In this document: in pieces, positions 53,447-64,000 of the stretch | Layout of the letters: every line of letters starts with the position of its first letter | How positions within the stretch are numbered: position 1 is the first letter of the stretch | Assembly: GCA_951406725.2 (NCBI GenBank) | Contig: OX597817.1 | Span: forward strand, 20,460,001-20,524,000 | DNA: 64,000 nucleotides | DNA from: Octopus vulgaris | Taxonomy: Eukaryota | Direction: 5' to 3' | Notes under the pieces: model-generated | Database searches by the model: none | What the model saw: only the letters and a program-made list of their open reading frames with translations | What the model was told of the DNA's origin: nothing | Made by a program: the position numbers and the translations under genes

Positions 53447-56400
53447 CAGGGGCGTGCACTCTCAGCAATGCAAGGTATGCGCTGCATGCCTTCTTTGTTT
53501 GAAAGAAAATACGTCCAGTTGTTTTAGAAATATTGTCTCCACTTCGTACATCTGCTTTGATAAATGCTTTTAGAAGATCGCATGATACACACTCCCTCTC
53601 TGTCTGTATTAGTTTGTCCTTCCTTCCCCTCTCTCTCTCTGTATCTTAGTGACTCGATAAATTTATCGCTTGTCATGCGTTGAGAAGACAGCATGAGTTC
53701 CCTTCTCTCTGTCTTTGATAGTTTGTCCCTTCTTCCTCTTTCTTTGTTTAAAATATATGCTACGAGAAATGGTTACCCCTTTCTCTCTCAACGATTCGAC
53801 AAATTCAGTTTGGCGTGTCATGCTGTTCTAAGATCGCATATCACGCTTCTCTGGCTATTTTGACCGGAACAAGAGCCGTCCCATAATTCTTGTTTTAGCC
53901 AGCTGAAATGTTGGAATAGCCTTCGCTTGTAAGTAAGAAATTTTTTACCCAAAACATCCGTTTGCACTATTATATTTTTAGAAAGTTTTGAAAGCAAAAA
54001 TATCTATATTATATTTCTTATTTCAGAAATAGCTAATTAATCTTAAATTAATTTAACAAAGGGTATTTTTCCGTTTTGTTGAAATTGACTTAAAATTTAC
54101 GCCGGCGCTTCCACGTGGGTCCTTAAATAAGAGCAGCCTTTTTCAAAATGAGTGAAATGTGTGCTATAAACGATATTTTGAGAACTAGTTTTTCTAAAAG
54201 GGACTTCGATGGGAAAAAATTAATTATAAATCGTGGCAGACCAACACCGAATTTACCTAATTTGCGAAGCTACAACAAGATATTCACGAGACAATTTCAG
54301 GTTAATTCGTATGAAAAGAAGAAATGGTTAACTGGAAGTGTTGCTCTTAATAAATTATTCTGTTGGCCGTGTTTACTTTTTGGCTTAGAAAAAAATGTTT
54401 GGAATGATAAAGGCTATGATGATTTAAATAATTTACATATGGCTATGCTAAAGCACGAGCGTTCTCAAAGGCATATAAAATGTTTGATAGACCTTAAAAT
54501 ATTCGGGAATGTTCGCATAGACTTACAATTAGATGCACGTAAAAATCAAAGCATACAACAGCATAATGAGAAAGTTCGACGAAACAGATCCATTCTGCAA
54601 CGATTGATCGATGTTGTTATTTTTTTAGGCCTCCAGGAATTGTCGTTTCGGGGTCATTTTGAATCTGAAGGCTCTAATAATCGGGGAAATTATAAAGAAC
54701 TCGTTTATTTGATCAGTAAATATGACAAACATATGGAATGTCATTTAGATACAGCTTCTATCTTCACTGGTCTGTCGAACAGAATTCAAAATGACTTGAT
54801 CGAAGCAATTCATAAAGTTATGTTGAATGAGATGCAGAAGGAAATTGACCAAGCTAAGTTTGTTTCTATTCTTGTTGATGAGACATCTGATGTCTCAGCA
54901 TCTTCACAACTGTCAACAGTTTTACGTTATGTTACAGAAGACTGTGTGACGAAAGAACGATTTATCGGTTTTAGTGATGTTAGTGAAGATCGATCTGCAA
55001 ATGCTTTATCTGAACATGTTTTTAAATGCATTGAGACGTGGGAATGTGGAAACAAATTGATTGCGCAGACATATGATGGTGCCGCTACAATGGCAGGACA
55101 ACTAAATGGGTTACAGGCAAAAGTAAGAAAGAAATATGAATGTGCGATCTTTATTCATTGTTGTGCCCATATCCTAAATTTAGTTCTTTCACAATCATGC
55201 TCTGCTATGAAAGAATGCAAGATATTTTTTTCTACAATAAACGGACTCGGTACATTTTTTACGAAATCACCGAAAAGGACTAATGCATTAGATAATATTG
55301 TTAAAAAAAGATTTCCGAAAGCAACAGCAACTAGATGGAATTACTCCTCACGTCTTATTATTACCACAAAGGAAAATTATAATTTCATAATCAGCCTTTT
55401 TGTACACATCATTGAAAATCCTGAAGCATGGGATGATACCACCATAAATTCAGCAATTGGATTCTTACACACTTTAAAAGCTCCTGATTTCTTATTTTTG
55501 TTAGAGGTATTCAGTGACATTTTTTCTTTTACTGACGTCTTATTTAACATACTCCAGAGTAAATGTCATGACATAGTGTATTGTAAACAACAAATAGATA
55601 AAACTAGAACTGTACTCGAAAACAAACTTGATAATTTTTCAGTCTTTTATGATAGGTTAGGGGAAAAATATGGAGTCGATGCAGGAATCGGAATTCAGAG
55701 ATCCAAGAATATATCTATTGATCCCCAACGACATTATAGAACGCTTTATAACAAAATTATAAGTACAATAGTTGACCAAATAAAAGCACGATATTCATCC
55801 TTAGAAGAGTTTAAATTCATGGAACTTTTGAATTTCAACAAAGTTGATGAGTATTGCAAACAATTTCCTGTGGACTCTTTAGATTCTTTAAGAACAACTT
55901 ATGGCAGATTTTTTGATGTAATACGATTACAAAGTGAGCTCAATGTGATGTATTCAATGAAAGATTTTAAAAAACCAAGTGTAAGTCATTTAATGAGTTA
56001 CATTAACAGCACTGATCTTGTTGAAGCTATGCCAGAACTCTTCAATCTGTGCAAGTTGATTTTGACAATTCCGTCTACCACTGCTTCTGTAGAGCGATCC
56101 TTTTCTGCATTAAGTAGAATTAAAACATACCAAAGAAATGCGACAGGAGAAAGAAGACTGTCTGGGTTAGCACTAATGTCAATTGAAAAAGATTTATTAC
56201 AAGAATTGATGAAAAGAGAAGATTTCTATGAAAATGTGATTGATATATTTGCCCAGAAAGATCGAAGAATTGAATTAATTTATAAATGAGCTAAGTAACA
56301 TTTTAAAACATTAAAAAAAATAATATATTAAAGAGCATATATTACAGGTTTTGCTTAGTGTTTGTTATAACGAAAGGTTCGACCTTCTTACATCAGTATT

Positions 56401-57250
56401 GTTTCGCAGGAGAAATGTTTTGATTTCTTCGTGAAACCTAACCTACATAGATTTCCCTTTCTGTGCTGCTGGGTGTAGTCTATTTACGGCCGTAAATAAG
56501 TGTTTTGTTTCACTTTCAATAAGTGTCTTGTTTCAATCTCAGAGATGTTGATTTCTGCCACAACAGTTTTGGGAGGCTTTTTACAATGTTGAATTTTCGC
56601 TGTCTTTCATCGTGTGCGTATTCATGTATATGCGTGTATTTTCAATGTTTGTGCGTGAGACGTAGTCCTTTAATGTACGGAGTTCAGTAAGTCTCAGAAC
56701 AGTCAATAATTTTCCCGGAATTGACAAGTAGCATGATAAAGAACCTGACTTGTCTTCGAGAGCGTAACGATCTAAAACCATGGCCATATAATGTAACTAA
56801 ATGTGTTCTTTTAATTAAATCATTTCATCCAGCTCAACCGATAGGTATAGGGGCTAATGCAGAATCGCACCCCTTTGAAAAACGAATTTATGTGAAAATT
56901 TTTTTTCGGATTCCTACAATTAACAGAGATTCTGAATATGCAAAAATATTGACAGAATCCAATTTCATCTTTATTACATTTCACTTATGATTTTTAGACT
57001 TTTCTAAGGGAGAATGAGGATGGGAAAGTACTGACGTTTCGAAGAGCAAAGAATAATACAAACAATACACTTATTTCAGGATCATCTCTGCACAGCCATT
57101 TTTTATTCCCTGTTTATTCTACATATTCAGAATCTCTTATATGTAAATCGTAGGAATACGAAAATGTCTTACTGAAATATTGCCGGGGGTGGGGGGGGGG
57201 GCAAAGAAATTAATTGCATGCCCAACGCCGGAAGTCACCGCACGCCACTG
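53447..57250 (+). mobile_element. Complete autonomous hAT DNA transposon (Tip100-like), 3804 bp
   Basis: 11-bp TIRs caggggcgtgc (53447-53457) and gcacgccactg (57240-57250), one mismatch. atatatat on both sides is compatible with an 8-bp TSD in (TA)n. The transposase ORF is intact. Confidence 0.93.
54148..56289 (+). CDS. hAT transposase (ZMYM1-like; TTF zinc finger, DUF4371-type region, DDE core, C-terminal dimerisation domain)
   Basis: Uninterrupted 713 aa: WL..S...LFCWPC...H..S.RH, LSFRGH, VDETSD, QTYDGA, HCCAH (CxxH), TRW, SVERSFSALSRIKTYQRN. Confidence 0.95.
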   Translation: MSEMCAINDILRTSFSKRDFDGKKLIINRGRPTPNLPNLRSYNKIFTRQFQVNSYEKKKWLTGSVALNKLFCWPCLLFGLEKNVWNDKGYDDLNNLHMAMLKHERSQRHIKCLIDLKIFGNVRIDLQLDARKNQSIQQHNEKVRRNRSILQRLIDVVIFLGLQELSFRGHFESEGSNNRGNYKELVYLISKYDKHMECHLDTASIFTGLSNRIQNDLIEAIHKVMLNEMQKEIDQAKFVSILVDETSDVSASSQLSTVLRYVTEDCVTKERFIGFSDVSEDRSANALSEHVFKCIETWECGNKLIAQTYDGAATMAGQLNGLQAKVRKKYECAIFIHCCAHILNLVLSQSCSAMKECKIFFSTINGLGTFFTKSPKRTNALDNIVKKRFPKATATRWNYSSRLIITTKENYNFIISLFVHIIENPEAWDDTTINSAIGFLHTLKAPDFLFLLEVFSDIFSFTDVLFNILQSKCHDIVYCKQQIDKTRTVLENKLDNFSVFYDRLGEKYGVDAGIGIQRSKNISIDPQRHYRTLYNKIISTIVDQIKARYSSLEEFKFMELLNFNKVDEYCKQFPVDSLDSLRTTYGRFFDVIRLQSELNVMYSMKDFKKPSVSHLMSYINSTDLVEAMPELFNLCKLILTIPSTTASVERSFSALSRIKTYQRNATGERRLSGLALMSIEKDLLQELMKREDFYENVIDIFAQKDRRIELIYK

Positions 57251-57283
57251 ATATATATATATATATATCTACATATATATCAT

Positions 57284-57340
57284 TTATTATAAAGCAGCGA
57301 AAATATCACAAAAATCTGTTACTCGGAGTTTCACGTTTCA
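57284..57340 (-). mobile_element. Truncated PLE pseudo-LTR carrying only the 3' half of a hammerhead
   Basis: Reverse complement reads GAAACTCCGAGTA-acag...aataaa, ending near (TA)n. Confidence 0.5.
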
Positions 57341-57796
57341 CAATTGTTACAATTGTACAGAAATGACTATATAATCAAATAGTTTAAATGATACACTTTT
57401 GAAAATGGTCATGTTTCATTTTTCCTTTCAAATAACAGTCTTAAGCAAGCAATGAACAAAATTCAGTATAAATTGTTCTTATTGTAAGTCGAACAAAACC
57501 TTAAATCGAAGCGGAAGTCTAAATACATATGGTAAATAATTATACACCAAATATAAATGAATTAATGCATTAACAGTTATATCCAATTAAAATTTGAAAT
57601 AAAAATTAAACATTACGTAGATATTTTTCAGCAGCATATACACATACTCATCCATCTATAATATACATGTATACACTAGAATATACAGATGCATGTACAT
57701 AAATATATACATATATAGTCATATATAGGCGAGACATAAACATATACACAAATACACATATAGGTACTCACACATACACGCGCACAAAATCTCTTG

Positions 57797-57859
<63 letters not shown>

Positions 57860-57860
<1 letters not shown>

Positions 57861-58135
57861 ATAAAACGGTAAGATAACAAAAGAAAGAAAGAGACCTCAA
57901 TATTATGTAAATAGAGGAAATTTATCTATACAATATGTTACATTACTCGGTAGTCAAGATAAAACTCTGAGTTTCAGATGCCGAAGTGGAAATCCACAAC
58001 ACCATCTCTTCGGTTATCTGGCTATTTGAAAACGTTATGAAAAAATAGCCAGATAACCGAAGAGATGGTGTTGTGGATTTCCACTTCGGCATCTGAAACT
58101 CAGAGTTTTATCTTGACTACCGAGTAATGTAACAT

Positions 58136-58143
<8 letters not shown>
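57860..58143. mobile_element. Head-to-head PLE-like pseudo-LTR pair forming a perfect palindrome within (TA)n
   Basis: Arms 57927-58027 and 58043-58143 (101 bp, no mismatch) with a 15-nt loop. Confidence 0.88.
58051..58113 (+). ncRNA. Variant hammerhead-like motif (mirror copy on - strand at 57957-58019)
   Basis: agataa-CCGAAGA-gatg...gtgga ttt ccac...catc-t-GAAA-ctcagag-TT-ttatct. Stem I is agataa/ttatct and the core has U4>C. Confidence 0.55.
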
Positions 58144-58186
<43 letters not shown>

Positions 58187-59355
58187 GTCAGCTGTTACCG
58201 ACGAACGATCGTTCATAACTTTGATAACTATATGTAGTTAAGCCGAGAATGAACTAAGAAAGTAATCACGGTGAGAAATCTAAATCCTTTTTGCTAACAA
58301 GTAGTTACTTAAACGATAATAACTAAATCCATTTAGGTGTATAGATATGAGTTACTGTAACAAACTTGATTTTTGCAAATCTCTCAAATACCTATGTTGG
58401 AAAGAACTTGAAAGTGTGAATTAGAAAAGTGGCTTCTGAAATATGTGTGAAGTTCAATGAGTTTTGATACAAAGCTAAACTACTGGTGCAATGTTAGATA
58501 TGGTGATGATATACAGAAAACACGTTCTGCAATTCATTAAAATTCCAGATAAAATTTCATTTGGAAGTGAGGAGAAAATGACATCAGAAAACTTCCATCT
58601 TCCTTCTGAGTAAAACAACTAGATGCTATGCAGTCTAAATAAATATTATTTGAGAGGAAGTGAAGGCATATCACTACATGAAATAACTACGTGAACTGTG
58701 AGTTAAGAATAAAACGGTGCGTTTATACCAGCAGACAATGGTGTGTAACGTAGCATAATGCACCAAAGTTAAATGCATCAATACAATTTAATTAGCAAGA
58801 CATTTGGATCATCTGCGTGGTTTTTTCTCCCACTGGAAGCAGTTTACTATTATTTTAATTCTTACAAATATTAGACAACGAGGATCTTCATATATACTAT
58901 ATGCTCAAAAGTGCTTTAATGAAAGGCATATCAATCACGCAAAAACCCATGCTTCAAGAGTTAGGAAAAATGTCAGAATCCTTCAGCAAATGAAATTCCT
59001 AACTTATTTTCATTATATTTGACTTATAGGAGCTACATATTTGTCTCTCGATCACCTATTCTTATTGTTTTAATGTACACATGAATACATATATATCGCA
59101 TAAAAATTAATATTATACGAAAGGACCCAAATTATTTGCTACATATTTAAGAGTAATAGAACAGAAAGTAATAAAAAGAATCTCCGCAAGATATAAAAAA
59201 AATAGACATTCATATAAATACATTGATATAAATACACCAAAATATTGTCCTATATTCGGCAACTAACAAATCAAAACGGAGAACTACATTTTGAAACAGA
59301 CATAACGCAGAATAGTTTCTTAGAATTATCCTACATTCTATGAGTACTATTTTAC

Positions 59356-59397
<42 letters not shown>

Positions 59398-59399
59398 TT

Positions 59400-60003
59400 T
59401 TCTCGTTCCTTTCTTCTCTCTCTCACACATTTTTGGCCCTCTCTTTATTTAACTCCCAGTTTTCCTCCTCGTTTATCTTCCCTGTACCTTTCCTTTTGTC
59501 GCTTTGATTTTTTCTAATCCTTCAATCTCGCTTCCCTCTACCCCTCTCTCCTTCTTCCACGTGAACGGTGTCCAGCCAACCATGATCTCTCTTTCTTGGC
59601 TTGACTGCCGACCGCCAACACATCTTATGTCCACCTATATTTCTGCCTTTAGGCTTTCACTTCATATACGCCAGCTCAATTTGATACGTTCTCAGTCGAA
59701 AGACACCTGTTGTTATATTCTTGTTTGTATTAGTAATTGTGTATCATGTTCTCCGTTTTTTGTCTTTGTTGCCGTACACATTCGCTTGTTGAGACATTTC
59801 TGGAGGTAGCCAGATCGAAATGTCTCAAGTGTAACTTCCCGAAACAGTAAGGACATCTAGTAACTTGAATGAAGAAAGAAGGCCACGTATGACCTGTCTT
59901 TTTTTTTGTCCCCTGGCCTTCTTATTGTTGTTTCTCCTGTCCACCATTGTATCGTCTATTTGTCTGAATGTTTTATTTTCCTCTACTGCGCTTGTGTTCC
60001 CTT

Positions 60004-60008
<5 letters not shown>
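59400..60008 (+). mobile_element. Probable PLE 3' region / pseudo-LTR
   Basis: Pyrimidine-rich tract, hairpin ttgagacatttc..gaaatgtctcaa, half-hammerhead GAAACAGTA at 59841, ending at (TA)n. Confidence 0.5.
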
Positions 60009-60053
<45 letters not shown>

Positions 60054-60059
60054 AAGCTC

Positions 60060-60468
<409 letters not shown>

Positions 60469-60494
60469 GGGGAGGAATTAAATAAATGATATCG

Positions 60495-61015
60495 GCACCA
60501 GCCCTCACCTGGTACTTGTTCTATTCATTCATAAAGGATGAAAACCAAAGTCGACGTCAGTGGCAGTTGAACTCAGAACGTTCAGACAAATTACCGCTAA
60601 ACACATTGCGCGGTGTGCAGACTAATCTGTCAGGTCATCGCTTTCCCCGAATTTAAAATATTGGTTTCAAATTTTGGTACACAGCCAAAGGTTTTGGTGG
60701 AGGATACTAGTCGTTTACATCGATCATGATGTTTAACTGGCTCTTATTTCATCGACTGCGAAAGTATGAAAAGGCAAAATCGATTTCGGTGGAATTTGAA
60801 CACAGAACGTAAAGCCGGATGAAATGCCGATACGCCACGGATGAAATAGCGGTTTCAATGTTTGACATAAAGACAGCGATTAAGTACTGATTTTATCGAC
60901 CCCGAAAGAATGAAAGGTAAAGGCGATCACGGCGGAATTTGAACTCAGAACGCAGAGACGTACGAAATGTCACAAAGCATTTTGCCCGGAATGCAAACGA
61001 CTTTGCTAGCTCACC
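60495..61015 (-). mobile_element. Three diverged SINE family B fragments in tandem
   Basis: Repeated atgaaaggcaaagtcgac..ggaatttgaactcagaacg-like bodies at ~60540, ~60770 and ~60910. Confidence 0.8.
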
Positions 61016-61120
61016 TTAAAAATTGCGAGAATATGGATAGGGTACCCGAACACATACTCTTCAGATACCATCTGAGTGCTCTTATCCGAATCCCGAAGTC
61101 ACCTTCTTCATGGTTGAAAC

Positions 61121-61722
61121 ATTTCTTTCTTTATTGCCCATAGAGCACTAAACATAAAGGGGACAAGCAAGGTTAGAAAAAGGGATTAAGTCGATTACAT
61201 CAAACCAGCCGCATAATTGGTACTTGTTTAATCGACCCCAAAAGGATGAAAGGCAAAGACCATCTCGGCGGAATTTGAACTCACAACATAACGGCAGATG
61301 AAATACCTATTTCTTTACTACCCACAAGTAGCTAAACACAGAGATGACAAACAAGGAGAGACAAACGGATTAAGTCGATTATATCGACTCCAGTGCGTAA
61401 CAGGCACTTATTTAATCGATCCCGAAAGGATGAAAGGCAAAGTCGACCTCGGTGGAATTTGAACTCAGAACGTAATGACAGACGAAATACCTATTTCTTT
61501 ACTACCCACAAGGGGCTAAACACAGAGAGGACAAACAAGGACAGACAAACGGATTAAGTCGACTACATCGACCCCAGTGCGTAACTGGTACTTAATTTAT
61601 CGACTCCGAAAGGATGAAAGGCAACATCGACCTCGTCGGAAATTGAACTCAGAACGTATAGGCAGACGAAATACCGCTAAGCATTTCGCCCGGCGTGCTA
61701 ACGTTTCTGCCAGCTCGCCGCC
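61121..61722 (-). mobile_element. SINE family B multimer: one head plus three 184-bp bodies
   Basis: Junction gaaatacc|tatttctttact at 61308 and 61492. The head ends at 61722. Confidence 0.92.
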
Positions 61723-62937
61723 CTATGAATATGATAACGCACAATCTTAAGAAAATATAATAAACCCACTTTATGAAATGTTAAGAAGTTTTAATAGAAT
61801 AAATTTCTGAAACATTATGAATCTTAATATCATTAAACAGAAATTAATAATAATGATCCATTGAGTTGTAATGTTTCAAAATGTATTGAAAAAAATTAAA
61901 AACTTAATTAAAATTGTAACAATGGATGTCCGATATTGTTCTCCGCGACATAATTATCTCTACTTAGGTTTTTAGTTTCTTGTATTAAATATGTTAATAC
62001 AAATTAAACTATTGTTACTCATAACAAAAGCGTATTTGAACTAACTTTTGAATAAAGAATTCTAGATTTCTACGTCAACAAGTACATTGTTGCGTATTTA
62101 AGAGTAGATCAAAGTTGTACTTACTGAACGAAGTAAAATAATATTTGAAATTGACCATAATTAATTCAGTTAGAATATTATATTACTAGTTAACTTACTC
62201 TTGCTCAAAGAATTTTAACACCAATGTAAAATTTTCTCTGTGCCGCAATAATTTTGAGTAAACTTTTGTTAAATTAACAGATCTCTTGGAACACTGAAAT
62301 CAGGAACGTGAGCTTCATCAAGAACAGAGGAACATAGGAAAAGGATATGCGATACTAAGTCTAATCATAAAATAGCAATTAAGGTGACGGCAGAAAAATA
62401 ACGCTGCATATTTCCCAGTCCGTATGAAAATTACGTTAATAATTTTGGCTGTTTCATGTGTGTGAGATACTACAAGTTTGTGCTTGTAGTGAGACACTAC
62501 ACGCTTGGTTCTTGAGCAACTTTATAGAATTTTTGACAATGCAATCCAAGAAAGCTCTCACTTGCAGCTTTATCCCTTCACGTATATGCATACATATACA
62601 CATACATCCATATATTCTTACATACGTGCATATGAACAGAAAATTCAAACCCACATATGTGTCAATATACTCATATGTGATTGTAGTTCTTTCGACTAAG
62701 GAGCTGTGTAACTGCACGAATATGTTGCGATTCGGTGTATAGTTTGGAGTGCTTGATTATATTTCGATGATTTGGAAGGTCGGGGGGGGGGGTCGATATT
62801 TACGAGTGAGTGAAGGTGAATTTAGTGCTTGTCACATAATGACTAGATTTTGGAACACACGCACGCGAGAGTGAACGTTTGTTTGTACGAGCAAAATAAC
62901 AAACACACACACACGCGCGCACACACATACACACGAA

Positions 62938-62991
<54 letters not shown>

Positions 62992-63034
62992 TGTGTGTGT
63001 GTGTGCATGTATATATGTATATATGTATGTATAT

Positions 63035-63079
<45 letters not shown>

Positions 63080-63190
63080 GTGATCACGTGACCGACCAGG
63101 CCATCAGATGTTGCCAAACATCGCTGGTCATAATGCGTTTGCATTGTTTTAGCCTTCGAACGACGCCACCCCGCTGGCTAAGCGAGCAGG

Positions 63191-63289
<99 letters not shown>

Positions 63290-63354
63290 GTATGTGTGCG
63301 TATATGTGTATATATATGTGTGTGGGGGTGGGGGTGTATTCATATGTATATACG

Positions 63355-63505
63355 AAGGGCTTCTTTCAGTTTCGCCTACAAAAACCCCCCAGAAGTGCCG
63401 AGGCTACAGTATAACATATTGCACTAAGATGCCAGGCAGTGGGACTTAACCTTGAACTATGTGGTTGGTAAGCAAGCTACTCACCATGCAACCACTCCTG
63501 TACCT
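63355..63505 (-). mobile_element. SINE family A, 5' half
   Basis: gggcttctttcagtttc...gcagtgggact...tgtggttggtaagcaagctact. Confidence 0.8.
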
Positions 63506-63940
63506 ACGCCATTCCTGCGTGCACACACACACACAGATAGACACCCCCCCATATATATATATACATACTTAGAGATATACGGGGTGATAGGTCTCCACTT
63601 TTCAAGAAGAGGTTGATATATTTGTGAAACACAACGGCGTGATAAGGCATGAATTTTAAAGTTGTATTTCAGATAATATTACCTGCCATGAAAAAAATGG
63701 AAGCTCCTTAAATATTGGTAAAGGCTTACTTGTATGATTATTATCCAGGCTGATTATCAAGATGACGCCCTCTTATGACTATGAACCCTTAACCAAACAC
63801 AGCAATCGTTGCAATTCCATCCTCACGCCTGATTTGATCCAATGATGTTTGAACAGGGCATTGGGCTCAATTTAGGTGGTTATGTAAAGTTGTTGGAGAC
63901 TATGTTCAATCACTTAGAGGGTTTTTGGAAAATATTTGCA

Positions 63941-63944
<4 letters not shown>

Positions 63945-64000
<56 letters not shown>
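63945..64000. repeat. (GT)n microsatellite running off the window
   Basis: Read directly. Confidence 0.97.

Noticed and set aside
54148-56289. Host ZMYM1 orthologue / domesticated gene
   Set aside because: No MYM zinc fingers. The ORF is intronless and enclosed by TIRs and a TSD-compatible flank, so it is a transposon.

Overview
AT-rich eukaryotic non-coding DNA, full of microsatellites and transposon relics. The SINE families and (TA)n density suggest an octopus genome; this is inferred from recalled repeat consensus sequences, not from a search. No convincing host gene is visible, and most ORFs in the track are translations of microsatellites or decayed transposons. The one intact gene is a 713-aa hAT (Tip100/ZMYM1-like) transposase inside a complete 3.8-kb element with TIRs, sitting in a (TA)n tract. 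The window also holds Penelope-like (GIY-YIG) remnants with hammerhead ribozyme motifs, an 8-kb pile-up of Dong/R4-type LINEs in (TAA)n, CR1-, Tx1- and Tc1/mariner/maT relics, three tRNA-SINE families and many fold-back structures. The most notable observation is a ~352-nt non-coding unit carrying a type I hammerhead ribozyme (1841-2709). It occurs as three circularly permuted pieces, one longer than a monomer, which is the genomic signature of a circular-RNA retrozyme. Other oddities are a SINE flanked by a ~178-bp direct duplication, a perfect 101-bp-arm palindrome with a variant hammerhead on both strands, and exact-period multimers of LINE and SINE segments.
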